A stretch of 64,000 nucleotides of DNA from Lepidodermella squamata (Eukaryota > Animalia > Gastrotricha). A program made the position numbers and the translations under genes. Shown here one piece after another: positions 23,318 to 40,044 of the stretch. A model generated the notes under the pieces. That model was not told the origin of the DNA and did not search any database. It worked only from the letters and a program-made list of their open reading frames with translations. Where the stretch lies: NCBI GenBank assembly GCA_047495785.1, contig JBLDXI010000055.1, forward strand, positions 1,860,001-1,924,000, written 5' to 3'. The number at the start of each line of letters is the position of its first letter. Position 1 is the first letter of the stretch.

Positions 23318-26300
23318 ATGGGATTGTCAGTACTTATATTATTATTGACATCCTTCACCTGCGCCGTGCACTCCGAATCTGATATAGGTCTCCTCGGCAG
23401 CAGAGGTTCGGTTTAAGAATTATAAATTGTAACATCTCTTAATGGCTTCAATTTTAGACGAATGTCCTGACCAGCTAGCACGTCCGTTAACTTACAACAA
23501 ACAAGTTACTGGATTCGATGCATCGACCTATTTGCCCAGTGCCAAACCCTATTACGCAATTTTGTACAACAACCGGGGTGCGCCACATTTTGCGTTGTGG
23601 ATTTTTAATATGGTTATTTTTACTTTCAATTTGTTCAGCCTGGCGACCTAGTATAAACGATGACCGTCAATGGCTTCAGATAAATCTCGGGAAACGATTC
23701 CTCCTTCGAGGCGTGGCCACGCAAGGCCGTAAAGGCATGCCCTATTATGTCACCGAATACCATGTTCGTTTTTCTGATGATGGAAATTCATGGAGCTACT
23801 ACAATGATCCACTCGGAATGCCAGAGGTTTGTTGGTTGAAATGCAGCTTGAGCATTTCCATAATTGTCATAAACTGCTAGATATTCATGGGAAATGAAAA
23901 CGCGGACAAAGTTAAATATAACAACTTCACCTTCGCTATCGTCGCTAAATATCTCCAGATCAACCCAATTCGTTGGACTGGCTATATTGCTCTTCGCATG
24001 GAGGTGTTTGGCTGCGATTACGGTACGCTGAAAATATTCTAGAATTTTCTAGAACCATGAATTCATAAATTGTTCGTACTTCAGACGCCGATGTCGCTCA
24101 GTTCGACGGATCGTCTAGGATGGAGTATAACATCAGCGGCCCCAGTGAGTACATTCAAAACGAAGATCTTTGGATCCAAATGCGGTTCAAAACTGACAAT
24201 CCTGAAGGCGTTATTTTATATGCTGGTTCTGCTCAAGGCGATTATTTATGCCTGGAATTGCATCGAGGGCGAATGTTTTTAAATCTGAATATGGGCACCT
24301 TTCAGAGTCAAAGGGATGTGTTAGAAGAGCAGTCTTTAACAGTTGGAAGTTTGCTAGACGACGGAGTTTGGCACTCTGTCGAAATTAGGCAAAACAAGCG
24401 AGAATGGAATTTGACCGTTGATCATGTCACCATGTTCAACTTCACTCATGGTCGTCTTGAGAGAATAAATTTCGACCAGGCAGTTCAAGTTGGAGGTGTG
24501 GACACCCTTTCTCGGCTTGGGATCAAAACTTCCAAAAACTTCACTGGCTGCTTGGAGCGGGTCCTAGTTAATAGCATGGACTTGATCAAAGATGCAAAAG
24601 AAAACGTAGCACCGAACCGATTTTCAGCGTTTGGAAATGTCGGTTTCTCGTGCAGCCCGTCGATGGCGCGACGACCCGTCTCCTTCCCTACTGCACCCTC
24701 TTACCTCAATTTCGAAGGACCCCAAGGGAAAACTGATGGCGCCGAGGCGAAATTCCAGTTCCGCTCTTATAATGAATATGGTCTGTTGATGCAAATCACC
24801 TTCCGGAAAGGGGAGGGACGCGTGCTAATTAGATTTGACCGCATGGGTAAAATTGTGTTGGAAGCGCGCCTTCGAGATCCCAAAGAAGGAACGGAAAGGA
24901 CTGTGATTCAACAAACCATAGCAAGTTTGGAAAATCCGGATGGTGTATTCACTGACGGCGTTTGGCACTCTTTATATCTGTCGTGGCCTATGAATGGTCG
25001 TGGGTTTTTCGATGTAGATGAACAACGCATCTATATTGATGCTCAATTCGACATGCAGGATGTCATAGGCTATAAACTTGGAGGAGGTGTTCGAGAGGAG
25101 TATGGTTTCCTCGGCTGTATGCGTGATATGCAAGTCGGTGCTAGGCTGATTTCTGATATCTCAGTTTTGGCCAACAATCCAGCTGAAAATTACGGCGTTC
25201 GCATCGACTCATGTGAAATGCAAGACCGATGCAATCCTGACCCATGTGAGCATGGGTCGCGTTGCTACCAGGACTGGGACACGTTTTTCTGCGATTGCCA
25301 AGGGACGGGTTACAAAGGTTCAGTTTGCCATTTGTCTCAATACTACCTTAGCTGTGAAGCTATTCGTGTGTGGCAACCGAATCGTGTTGGGCAGGTCGAC
25401 ACCTTTATCGACCTTGATGGCTCTGGAGAGTTGCCAGCTTTGCGGGTGACATGTGACTTCCGCTCAGACCCTTCACAGCCAGTTGAAATGTACATTCATC
25501 ATGATAGTGAGGACTGGATCTATGTTTCAGGCTTCCAGGATCCTGGATCTTACCGTCGCAATGTCACTTACTTGGCTGACCGTGATACGCTCCAGGAACT
25601 TACCCGTCGTTCCAAGCAGTGCCGTCAAGAAATCGCATACCGCTGCCTTAATTCTCGTCTGCTAGCTACTCCCCCCGGGGGTCAAAGTCTGCACTGTCGT
25701 AAATCTTATGGCTGTTGGGTTGGCTTCGACTTTCAGGAGCACCATTACTGGGGTGGCTCAGTGCCCGGCATGCAAAAATGTGCGTGTGGAGTCGAAGGCA
25801 ACTGCCGTGAACAGCAGCAGACGTCGAATGTCGGCGAGGACAGTTGTTTCTGCGACGTGGGCGAGGGTAAATTGGTGACAGATCGCGGTTTCTTGGAATA
25901 CAAAGACCATTTGCCGGTCATGGAGATGAAATTCGGTGACACCGGCGTCGGCCAAGACCAAGACAAGTATGGCATGCACTACCTAGGGCCGTTGATGTGT
26001 ACTGGTGACAATATTTTCGACAACGCTATTACATTCCGCAAGACCGATGGCACGCTGCGGTTCGATCCAATCTGGCACCCGCGCACCTCATTCGACATCC
26101 GTTTTGAATTCCGCACAACTGCCCAGGAAGGCGTATTCATGAACATGGTTTCAGGCCCTTACTTCTTCATGGTGCGTTTGTACGGTGGCTCTACTATCGA
26201 ATTTCGCTACGATGTCGGTCATGGTGTATACGTTGTCGAACGCATGATTCTGAATTTGAATGACAATCGCTGGCACATCGTCCAAATCGAGCGCAATCGA

Positions 26301-27527
26301 AAGGAGGCGTACCTGCAGATTGACGAGCTCAATGCAGCGTCTATTCTTGAACCACAGGACATCACGTTTAGACCAATCCGGTGGTCGAACACCCTGATAG
26401 TCGGTGCTGATGTCAACTACGATAACGGCTACGTCGGTTGCATGCGTGCCCTGCTCGTAAATGGTCACGTCATGGACTTGCGTGGCCAGGTAGATCGCGG
26501 TGAGGTTACCTACGGTGTGACTGCCGGCTGCGTTGGTAAATGCGACTCGAGCCCTTGTCTTAACAACGCCATTTGTTGGGAGAAATACTACGATTATTAT
26601 TGTGACTGCACCCTGACACCGTTTCGCGGTTATATCTGTGGTCGTGAGATGGGCGTCGACTTGACTGATCAGCAATACGTCGAGTTCGAGTTCCCACGTG
26701 TCATTAACTCGGTAGACGAAACGATCCAAGTCGCCTTTTCAACGTGGCGTCGGCAGGGTGTACTTACTCAGATCATCGGTCGTCATCCGAACGGTGCCCT
26801 GGAGTACATGACCATCAAAATAAACAACAACGGAGGTATTGCTATTGAATTCGACGTCGGTTTCGATTACATGGAAATTTCACTCGATTTCGCTGATGTT
26901 GATCTGTGTAACGGCCAGCAGCACAATTTGTGGGTGAACCGAACCGAAAACGGACGAGTGGTTACGATTGCCGTTGATGATTATCCGCCGAAAGTTCACC
27001 GCTTCCCAAACTTGGCAGCAACTGCTGACACCATTATCAACAACGCTCGCTATCTTTACTACGGCCAGAACACATCTCACCCGAAAGGCTTCATCGGTTG
27101 CATCTTCCGCGCAAAATTCAACGAGTACTATCCTTTCAAGAGAGCTTTCCAAGACCCGAAGCCCGATTACGTCCGCCTTCACCCAGCGAATTTGCGCGAA
27201 TCGCGTTGTGGTGTGGAAGAAATTTTCCACGACCCGGAACCCGAGGAAATTCGCCCGACACCGCCTCTCGACCAAGAGTTCATCATTATAACTCAAAAGA
27301 TCAGCGCCGCAGCAGAAACCGCAATCATAGCTGGTGTGATATGCGGTGCATTTATTCTCTTTTTCATTGTAGCTGTAATAATCGCATACTATTATATCTG
27401 CCGTCGCGGTGAATACGCAACACGTGAGGCTGCCGACGCTGAGTTTGCCCAGAACCCTGATGTATGGATCCTCCGCGGAGACACGGGTCAACCTGAAGTG
27501 TCTAAAAAGCGCGAATGGGTCATCTGA
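23318..27527 (+). CDS. NrxIV: Neurexin IV / contactin-associated protein (CASPR/CNTNAP) orthologue
   Basis: Signal-peptide exon MGLSVLILLLTSFTCAVHS, discoidin domain (QWLQINLG..GVATQGR), LamG x4, EGF x2, fibrinogen-like region, TM, band-4.1-binding motif RRGEYATREA and PDZ-binding end KKREWVI. Confidence 0.93.
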
Positions 27528-28293
27528 AATTCGACATCGAAGAAGAGCTGCTGTGTACAGTTTTTTATATTTAAGATGCAGAAATCAATATATTATTTGA
27601 ATTTTGAATATCTATCCGTTCATTATACGACAATTGTTTCTACTGGATAACGTTGAACACGCTAAAAACACATTCATGCCATCAATATATATCGCTGCTT
27701 TGTATGCTCTACAGAATTATGAGGTTGTGAATAGCGAAGAATCAACTTCTCGCTATCTTTGTTGTTGTCTTTTTTTACACAATTTGAGTCATTTATTGCG
27801 ACTGCGTCACACAAGATAGCGCTTACTTTCAAAAAGGTGGTTGTGACTTTTTCGATTATTCATCGTGCTATCGATACGTGTTGACGCAACACGCCATTTG
27901 ACGAGCTTCCATTTTAGCCTTTTCTACATCTTGCTCCTTAAAAAAAGGTTGTGCTGCATGCATTTTTGACTTATTTTATAGTCAAATCAATTCCGTATCT
28001 TTACTTGCGTACCAAATTACCGGGCTCAAGCCTTTCGTTGCAGGTTGCACCCGAATCGAGACATGGCGTCAGAAATTTAGCACGACTCACATTGACGTCG
28101 GCTTCGCCCGGCATGTCAATATCTTCATTATTGCGTTGTTATCTTAATAACATTATTATATAAAAATAAAAAGTCGATGATTGGTAGTTTTACAATGTGT
28201 TTTATAATTTAGATTATTTTTGCCAATGTGCCATATTCAGTGAAATTACATATCGAGTCCCTTGAAAATCTGGTGCTCAATTCCTTGAACAAA

Positions 28294-31200
28294 ATGGGAC
28301 TCGATGAAGTCAGTTCACCCTTCAACAATGCCAGGTGTGTTCATTAATTTAACCATTTAACCTCTGTTGAGCCTACTATTGTCATTATTTTCAGTGATAA
28401 TGCTCTGTACATCTACGTGGCCGACTACACATCGTCGCCCAACATGCGCTTTCATAATTTTGTGTTACCGATGACCATTCATGCCGAGGAGCTGTTCTCT
28501 CAAGTCACAGAGCGAGCTCGCATCAAGCCTGAATGTTTGTGTCTGACATTTGTTGGCCTAGGGCACGCCGGTTCAGCTCAGTCTGAATTGTGTCTCAACG
28601 AATCACGCGGGTTGTTGGTCGACGTGCTAGAAGGCATAGATGTTCAGCCAGGCTCAAAGCTCTACTTCATGGTCACTCTAAACGACGAAGCGGCTTCCAG
28701 TCGAAAAGTCGACAGTGATCTGTCTTCCATCGAGTTCTCGCCACAAAATCACAGCTGCGATAGTCCTACTTCGCCCTTGCCGGCAATTGCTGAATCGATC
28801 AGCTTACCTGGCGGGGAGCCTTCATTGGCATCGTCCTTACCTGATGACCGGCCAATTGCGGCGCTTCATTCGGAAAGTAGCAATGCAATAGCTGATGCTA
28901 ATGAGGCACCGGCAAAGCGATTTGTTGGATTGGTAAATCAGGCTATGACTTGCTATTTGAACAGCCTCATTCAGACGCTGTATATGACTCCCGAGTTCCG
29001 CAACGCCATATACGCATGGGATCCAAGTGGTTTGACGGACGAGCTGTCAAAATCTCGCTCGATCCCTTATCAGCTGCAGCGACTGTTTTTGAAACTTCAG
29101 TTCAGCTCTAAAACTGCCGTTGAAACAACGGCATTAACCACAAGTTTTGGCTGGGATACCTCGGAAGCTTGGGAGCAGCATGACGTTCAAGAGTTATGTC
29201 GGATTTTGTTTGACGCTCTCGAAGCTGCCTGGAAAGGTACTGACAAGAGTGACTTCATCGATCACCTTTATCAAGGCAAGATGGAAGACTATGTGCAGTG
29301 TCTCGCGTGCAATAACTGCAGCTCACGTGTAGCTAAGTATCAAGACGTGTCCTTGGCAATTCGCTCTTTTGATGCTCAAGTTTCTTACGGGTAAGTAGTG
29401 CCAAGCATTTTTTTTCTTGTGTCTTATTCTACTTTTGATTTTTCATTGCAGTACTCTTCATGAAGCTCTCGCTGCTTTCACTAAACCTGAAACGTTGACA
29501 GACGACAACAAGTACTATTGCGAGAAGTGTCGCGAGAAGCAGGACGCTATTAAAGGCCTACGCTTTCAGAGTTTCCCGCGAGTTGTGACGATGCAGTTGA
29601 AACGGTTCGATTTCGACTACCGATATGGTAATCGCATCAAGCTGAACGACCGCATCTTCTTCCCCAATTTTATCAACCTCGATCGCTATGTTGTCCATGA
29701 AAAACCTGTTTCAGCCGTAGTTAACACTGATGGTTCACAAGACCAGCCGCAGGAGATTGATACAAAACCCGTGGAGTGCGATGATCCTGACGACGGGGAC
29801 GGCGTGTCGTCGCGTTATGAACTATTCTCGGTTCTTGTTCATTCAGGTTCGGCAAGCGGGGGTCATTACTATGCCTACATAAAGAACTTCGAAGATGGCG
29901 CATTTTACTGCTTCAATGACCGCATTGTGAGGCGAGTTGCCAACGATGAAGTTCGGCAAACATTCGGATCCGGAACTGGTCTATCATCGGCTTACTCGTA
30001 CTCTACAAGCGCTTACATGCTCATGTACCGTTTAGTTGACGGTTCAAAGCCGAATTTATTTATGTCTGTAGAAGAGATGCGCGATTTTCCATGGCTTCTC
30101 AAACAAATCGATGAGATCGCACGCTATGAAGGTGCTTCTGCGGAATCCCAAGATGGCCAGTTGGCTAAAGCGAATAAATACGAAGATATATCGATGGCAT
30201 CGTCCTTGGCTACATATTCGGCGGCGAACCACGGTGACCCTGATGCAACCGCTGCTATCACCGTCTATTACATTCACCCTGACGAATGTGTTGCCACTCC
30301 TAGCCGCGTTCGTCTCCCGCCAACGACTAGTCTTGTTGATGCGGCCGAAATAGTCGTTAAGGAGCTGAATCTCGACCGGGTACTTCAAAATGCGGGTGTT
30401 CGATACCGCCTTGTTCCATACAACAATTACACCAAAGTGTTTGGCGTTTTGGAGGCGGTGCCGGGGTCCAGCGCCTCATCTTCCACCGATTGCGAAGACG
30501 CCGCTGAGCCTGACGAATGCGTCAACATTGCAATATCTGATCTATGCAAAACAAGCAATGCCGCCTTTTTCCTCGAAATATTACCTGCTGGTCTGCCGTT
30601 TCGCCGATTTTCCAGCGGCAGTATCACACTTATTGTAAACCTGGTCGATCCCACGGAAATGCGCGTTTCAAAGTGTGCTATGACCTGTGTTCCTCCGACG
30701 TGGACAATATCAAGAATCAGCAGCTACGTATGCCGACTGCTTGGACTTCCCAAGCCATACGTTCGCTTGGGTGTCATCGAACGCAACTGGCCCAGCGACG
30801 ATACAATCAGGCACTTATTGAAAGTCGAATCGACCCTCGAGCGCGAGAAGCTTGTTGATTCACCTATTGATGTGAGTGCCATCATTTAATTACAACCTAA
30901 TTAGTCTTTCTCAAAGCGCTGATTCATCACCTATTCATCGAATCATCGAATCAAAGTCTGATTGAGAATCATCGCTGAAAAATTTAACATCATGGGAATT
31001 ACTAATTGCTTTCACACCTTAATACAGGATCCAACTTGACTTAAATATTATTAAGGCAGTTGAGTAGTTGTAGTTTTAGCGTCTACCCCGCGTTATTTAA
31101 TCTAGCGACTGATCGACTATTATAGATAACGTGTCGCATTTTGAGCATTTGCTTCTTTGATAATTTCCTTGAATTATGTCGCAGAAACTAATCCATTTTA

Positions 31201-32900
31201 ACCCTTATCTTTGCAGTTATATGTTGAGAACCTGTCTGAACCCGAGGATACGCTGTACCCTTTCCGCCGGACGTCTCTATATCGATACGTCGATTTTCAA
31301 ATAAATACGACCGCGCTCACCGTGAGTGTGCGTTTTGACCGGCAAAATGTACCCGTCGTTAGTCTCGATGAATCAGAGTCCAAAGCGCCGTCTGAATCGT
31401 CGTCCTTTGTTCCCATCATGGTTTCGTCATCACAACTTGTGCATCTAAATGGCAATAAACCCGGCGATATTCCGGATACTGCTAGTTCATGTATTGATGG
31501 TTATCTGCTGAAGTGTTCTTACTCAAAAAGTGAAGACGGCGCGATCATCGTCACTGTCAAGGCCGATAAGCGGCTCGTTGTGGCTGATCTTGCGCAAGCC
31601 CTTGCATCGCAAATGGGCTACGACCCATGTTCAACCGTGATCTGGCGCGACTTCGGCGGTAGCACCGAAGAACAGCTGCGCTCAACGATGAACCTCGAGT
31701 ATATCTCTACCTCCTCGCGGCTTAGCCTGCGAGCTGGTCGAGTTCTGAACGAAACAGAATTCGCAGTCAACGTCTATCAGATGGAGGATGCTGTGAAAAA
31801 GCTAGGCCAGCCAGCCGTCGATCGATTTTGCATAATAGTGGAAAATGATTGGAAAATCCTACGAATGAAGCAACTAGTGGCGACGTTTTTGAAGCACCGT
31901 CACAATATCGAGTGTTGCGTTGGCACGAGGAAACCGGACGACGGTTCTTGCTCGAATTGCGTGTCCTCGCAATACCATTTGCGATTGAGACGTAATCGAT
32001 TCAGTGAACCCGGCCGAATTCTGGCATCTGCTGAAGTCCTCGGCAAAGATTGCGAATGCAGCTCGGTTAAGGAAGTTTTCTTCGAGCTACTCAACGATGG
32101 CCCCGAGTTGAAGCAAAGCCATGACGATGTTGTAGTGAGAGTCAAGCGCTGGCGCCCTTCACAACTGGTGCTTGAAAACCCGGTTGAAATGTTGGTCGGC
32201 TCGCGTAGTGGCGAAGACCTTGCGAGGCGTATTGCTGCCAAGTTCAGTATTCAAATCGAAAATATTGATGTGGCGTCCTGCTCCTCGTCGACGACTTCGG
32301 TCTCTCTGCTGGATATGCAAGATCACTTGAGATGGAACCCATTGGCCTCTATACCTCAAATCGATGTATTCCCTCTCATGCTGCACGAAGATGGATCTTA
32401 TTTCTACTTGAGGTTGGTTTGAATTTCTTGGGTCGCTTTTGGGCATATCAAAATTCACTTGTTGAAAATCAAAATAACCTCTTGATATACGCTTTTTCAG
32501 GGATAGATCTGAGCCGATGGCTGAAATCGACGAGGAGAGAAGGCGGCAGATTATCAATCAAGAGGCGAGTTCGCGCTCGAATCACTCGAGTACGTCAAAT
32601 GGGATCGACAGAACAGCGTTTCACTCGGAGTTGTCATCGACGCTTCGAAACCGCAGTTCTCGCCCCAAGGAGAAGTCGCTGAAAATATACACGCATCAGT
32701 CCTCACCACCCCCACCCCAGCTCGCCTCAGTTGCGGCGTTACCTGTGCCTGCGACGACGCCAACTAGTAGCTGTCCGCCTCAACTAGCCGTGCTGTCACC
32801 GTCTTCGTCGATAGATGCCAGCGCGGGCGAAGCAGAGTTGGAAAACATGGATGTCGATAAGCCCAATGCTGCCATTACAAATGGTCTTGACGTCGACTGA
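28294..32900 (+). CDS. USP47: Ubiquitin C-terminal hydrolase 47-like, multi-exon
   Basis: [16 protein letters not shown] (Cys box), [24 protein letters not shown] (His box) and C-terminal KEKSLKIY. Exon 1 (28294-28334) splices in frame to 28395. Confidence 0.92.
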
Positions 32901-33402
32901 ATTTCGCGCGCCCCTCCTGTCAGGCAGTTTGCTTTTTGTTTTGATAATACCCAGAAATATTTTGTAAAAGTCGAGTTATGCGGCGGCTTCTCAGTATTAC
33001 CGCAGTTGCAATCATCGACAGCGTGATCCCCGTTCAAAAGCATTTCGGTACTAATCCTAACCTGTTCTGACGCATTATTGCTTGTAATATTAATTAATTG
33101 ATACCAGCAAAGCGAAAAAGCGATGATCGATGTGTGCTATTTGCAAAATAGGTGTTTCAACTTTTACTATTTTTCTCGTGGCAGTATTGCTGATGTAAAC
33201 ATCATTGATATTTATGTATTGCAGTCGCATAATTTTTTGCTCTATTGTTAACCGCAGTTGGGGCCCGCAAGGCCTCGCTATAAGGAAACTGAATCTATGA
33301 CAAAAAATAAAAAGAAAGACTAGCGTTAGACTCGTAATTAAAATTCTCGCTTTCTATTTATTTCCTCTAGTATTTATTTTTCTCAATAATTTGAATATTC
33401 CA

Positions 33403-33924
33403 ATGGAAGCCCTTGTGAACGAAGTCGTTGTCAGCCCGCAAGAACTGACAAGATATCGCGCTGATTACACCACTGCAGTTCGGGAGGGCAAACCAGCTGA
33501 AAATCTCCGTTTTGCCTATGCCTGGGCTCTCGTCTGTACCGCTGACCAACGCAATGTTACCGAAGGGATGGGACACCTCAAGGTAAAACAATCCATTTCA
33601 TTTGTAAGGCATTTGACTAATCATTTCGTATGACAGGATATGCTTAAATCCACTCGTAATCAAGACTCTACACGGACTTACTTGTACTACCTTGCTGTTG
33701 CGTCGGCCAAGTTGAAAAACTATCAAGACGCGTTGCAATTTATCGAGGCTCTGCGCCGAATCGATCCTAGCAACAGCCAGATTGATCAGTTAGAGGCTTA
33801 CATCAAGAAACGGATGGAGCGGGACGCTGCCATCGGGGCAGCAGTTGTCGGAGGTGCCGCTGCGATGGGTCTTGCTGGCATCGTCGGTCTTGGTGTCTTG
33901 ATAGCCAAGGGACTGAAAAAATGA
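33403..33924 (+). CDS. FIS1: Mitochondrial fission protein 1, 2 exons
   Basis: FAYAWALV and RTYLYYLAVASAKLKNY TPR-like motifs, plus a C-terminal TM anchor ending KGLKK. Confidence 0.93.
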
Positions 33925-34499
33925 GCTGAAATTACCTGTCATTCTTTTTATAACCAAGCACCTCCTGGAATTTCAACATTCACTCGGTGGTAATTAAACT
34001 GAACTTTATACACACAGACGGACATTCTCATGGTGATGAATCGGAAATAAATTAATGAATGAATGAAAAACCTAAAAGCCTTTTGCCATTTGCGTTGTGG
34101 TTACAGTGACGTTGCCGAGTTGCCGTGTACGACGTTCCTGTCAATAGTCAATAAAAAGCCAATGTTGATCGACCCTTAATTTCATGTTTTACATGAATTG
34201 GGATGTTTGAGATATTGTGCTACAAGCTACAAACAATGAAACCGATTGCAATGTCTTGAAAACTGCGCCTTATCACCGCAGAGCCAACGTTAACACCCAA
34301 CAGAAGCTTTATTGAATGTATTCGTTCAAAACCAATTACAAAAATTATCAACAATTATAATAGCTGTACCAAAAAGTTGAGTTAAACAGCATCCAGTAGT
34401 TAAATTCATATTTATTGTTGCAAAACTAAAAGAATGGTGGTTTTAAAACAGCAGATCAGCTGCGTTTTCTGGAGCTAATATACAATATAGAGAAAGGCA

Positions 34500-36197
<1,698 letters not shown>

Positions 36198-36665
36198 TAC
36201 TCAATGCTAAAGACCTATGTTGTAAGCAACCAATTCAAGTTTTAAAGTGAAAAGTATGAAATTGTTTAGCTGTGTCCCGCAATAGAATCTTCAAAACGGG
36301 CGCGGTACACTTTGAAGTAGATTCTTCGTCTGGCGGTAGCTGCGAAAAATGATACCCGATCAATGATCATCAACATCAACGTCCATCGTCGTTTAATTGG
36401 GTATTCGGTTGCCGCGCATCATCATCGTGTTTTGACCTAAATTTTTAAATAATTTCTAAGCTACTAAGTTAAGCAAACAAAATTGCTATACTGAAATTAA
36501 ACATTTTGTTGATACAGACGCGATAATGCAGCGCATTGGTGTGTGTGTCGCAAGGGTGTGTGGCAAGGGGCTAACGCCGTGCGGTAATCTTATCGACCGA
36601 AACATCGGAAAAAGTGGCAGGTTAAAGTTTGATCATCCGAGGCTTCAATTAAAAGTAAAGCAGTA

Positions 36666-37955
36666 ATGGAATTGAATATTAACGACACTCATCGCCAGGA
36701 AATATTCAACTACTTGCGCTTCTGGCGATATCAAAGAGGAAAGCGCGTGCGTTCAGTCATCTCATGTTTCGATGATATCCGTGGTAGTCGATTGCGAGGA
36801 GAAACAACTTTTACTATCGATGAGGTTCAAGCTGTTCTGTGAGCAAATTTCTCTATATTAATAGTAGAAATAAGTTGTTTAATCACAGGGACGAGTTACT
36901 TGTACTTGTTAAGAGCGAAATGGAGGCAGAGCTAACCAATACTGGCCATACTAATGTGCTTCTGCTGAAGCAGGTAATTTCAAGAATACCCAAGCCAATT
37001 TATCTTCGACTCTTTTGCGTTAGCTTTTTTCCCAAGCAGAAAAATGGCATCTAAAGCTTCAAACAAACATATCAGAGTTGGAAAACAGAGACTTATTAGA
37101 CCAAATTCGCGAGTTTGAAGGTCAGTTTATGCTTACCCAAATCTCAGTTTGCTGTATTCTTTCATATATGCAGAGGTTGAATTTGCTGGAGTTAAAGTGG
37201 ATAAGGATTTGACGGAGTTGATAAAATCTACGAAACTAATGCCGATGAACGAGACGGGATCGACTGCATTACTTCATGCTGTTAGCCTTCTTCTGTTTTT
37301 CAATATTTCCTTGCTTTATCATTGATTTTTTCCAGAAAATAGAGGAATTGGAGCGTGAGAATCAGAAACTTCTCAGTGCTTTGAAGAGCGTGGAACAACA
37401 AGCCAAAGGGTTATCTAAGGAGCAAGAGAACCTGAAAAGCAGTCTCAGCAAGACTACCGCTGATGCTGCTGCTCGTTCAAAAGAAGCTGAAATGGCAAAA
37501 CACCAAGATAAAATGGTTTGGGATATGCAAGAGCAAATCGCAAAGTTGCTTCGAGATGTTGAAACTGTGAGTAGATGTGTTTTTCATAGCCTTGCTTAAA
37601 AGTCCATTATTAGGAAAAAATGGATAAAGACAAGAAGACTCAGGAACTTCACAATGACTTGACAAAAACTAAACATGAATTACTGAAAGTTCAAGACACT
37701 CTTGGAATGGCTGAAAAAGAACTGGAAAAGAAGGTTTGGATTCTGTTCAGTGTGATAGATTATTTAAAGTTACTAAACTAAACTTCAATTCCAGGTCCAG
37801 GAAACAGCCCCGTTCAAGAATATGAAGCAGATGTTGTTGAAGAAAAACGATCAAATAAAGGAGTTGCGTAACAGGCTCTGCAAGTAATTTATTCCCTTTA
37901 ACTCAAATGGTTGCTTCCACGTAATTTTCATTTTAGGTATGAACCGGACACCTAG
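36666..37955 (+). CDS. LZTFL1: Leucine zipper transcription factor-like 1 (BBS17), multi-exon
   Basis: MELNINDTHRQEIFNYLRF, TFTIDE, EMEAELTNTGHTNVLLLKQ|LFSQAEKWHLKLQT, ELENRDLL and KNDQIKELRNRLCK|YEP. Confidence 0.92.
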
Positions 37956-38655
37956 CCCGATGGAACATCGTCCTTATTTAGACGACTCCATAATGCCGAA
38001 GTGGAAAAAATACCTGCGAAAATATTATAGCAAATTGCTGAGTTGTAAATGATAAATGCTTGACATGAAAGATGCCTTTTTCCGCAGCAAAGTTTTTTAT
38101 TGTCCTCAGGGCTTTTCCAAGGCGAATCAGATCAGATCAGATCAGGGTTTCAGGACAGTCAAACAAGCTGAATTTATTACCTCTGAAATCGTGCCAAATG
38201 CAGCCTGAATTCTATATTATGTATCATACGGGGCGGGGCCTAGCAGTAATAAGTAGAAGATAGCATTTGCAATATAATAATTTGCTCCGGGAAAAGGTTT
38301 CTTGCGCAATACAAGTTCTATAGACTGAATGATCATACAGTATTCATTGTATTTATAGCTGGTTCATAAATTCTTCTTCGTTGTACAGCTTATTCAGTTT
38401 TTAACTCTTGCGGTTGGCTCATTTACGGACTGCTCGTCATTTCTATCAACACAAATATGGCAATTATTTAAATAACATTGAGTTTCGCTCATGGCAAGCG
38501 TTCTCATTGAACGGTGACTACCTACGGTTTAGAAAAAATGTGAAGTTAGAGTTTTAGCAACTCGTTCATAAGCTAAGTGTGTGATAACGAAGCTGATTGA
38601 TACGCTACCCTCATCAATATATTTGATGAAAAATTGCCAAGGTCATTCTCTATTA

Positions 38656-38989
38656 CTGTGAAAGTTGTCTAAACCGGACTCGGGTCGCGCCAGGCAAAAT
38701 GGTCCGGCTTAGACTTAGGAAATATAAGGGAAATATAACGTAAACGTCAGGATTTTCATGTTACGAACTTGGAAGTCATTCAAGTCAAACCTTTCTATAT
38801 ATATAATTGAACTACATTGACCCTAGATGCTAGATCCGGGATGATTGGCCGATTGAAAATTTTCAAATTTTTCGATGTGTCTCAGGTCAGGCAGGTGCCT
38901 GCATTTTCCCCCAAATTCTCTACAAAATTGACCTTTTCATGCGTAAACCGGACTCAGACCTCAAAATCCGGTTTAGACAACTTTCACTG
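38656..38989. mobile_element. Tigger/pogo-type MITE (334 bp)
   Basis: 23-bp TIR C[T/A]GTGAAAGTTGTCTAAACCGGA (1 mismatch), flanked by TA on both sides. No coding capacity is evident. Confidence 0.88.
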
Positions 38990-40044
38990 TATTAAATTAC
39001 ATATTCAATTGCTAACTGAATGGTATTTGGTTCTCCATAGACATGATTCTCTCTAGATCCCATGCTTACGAGAAAGTGGGTGCAAGGCCATGGTATAAAC
39101 GAAATATTCAAATTAATTTTCGCTTTTTGAGAGGCCGAAAATATAGTGCTTTCTGACTGGCTTGCGTAATATTTATCAATATGGCACTCAGTTGGTCATT
39201 ACCACTCGACTGCATATTGTTCCGATTTCTTAATTTCGTTCTCTCAGATAAAGAAAAGCTATGAATGCTATACCACAAAAATGTAGCTCTCAGCCTTGTT
39301 CAGTCGACATTGAAGCATTTTCTGTATGGTCCAATTGGCTGGAGTTGGCATCTGCATTATTTTGATGCTAGGAGGAAACTTTTCAAGCATGATTTGCATT
39401 ATCTTTCAGCTCAGATCCAGCTCTTGACTTTGACATGCGCGCACGCGCCGCGCGTGCTGTAAGCGGATATTCTGGATAAAAATATTTAATCAGTCGGATG
39501 TAACTTTTATATTGCGAATTCTGAACAACTTGTGATAAGTGTCCCAAAGAAACAGGGAAAACTCTTTGTATCACGCTGAAAGTGACAATATGTTGACCCA
39601 TGCAACTTGCACCATATAGAAATTGGTTCAACTTTAGACTGAAAATGCTGTTATACTTACTGCTAAAACAGCGGCCTCGGAAAAAAAACTAATAGAATAT
39701 TGCATCCTAACATTCATGAATAATCTGACTATCAGGCGCCCATGGCGTTTTAGCCATCTTCACATGAGCATGAATAATGTCTATGCGGTTTTGCGACAGA
39801 CCTGTTACGAAGAAATACATTTACAAACTAACTTTTTGCCGCAAGCATATTCAGGCGGACCTTCTTCAGACATCCTTGTGTTGAATATTCTTGCAACAAT
39901 ACCCGATTCACGGTATCATGTACCGACAGTATTCCATCGTGATTTCTTGAGTTTGTAATAAAAACATATGAAAATGTTAAAGTTTTTATTGAGCTGCTAA
40001 ATATGAGTAACAATCATTAACGATACAAAAACACGAAGCAACTT

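Noticed and set aside
26151-27491. Long antisense ORFs (192 and 203 aa) opposite NrxIV; similar ones lie opposite LTN1, USP47 and VPS13
   Set aside because: Explained as shadows of codon bias in the sense gene; no domain motifs.
39000-39960. Hydrophobic broken frames hinting at a membrane-protein pseudogene
   Set aside because: Frequent stops and no family motif; cannot be supported without a search.
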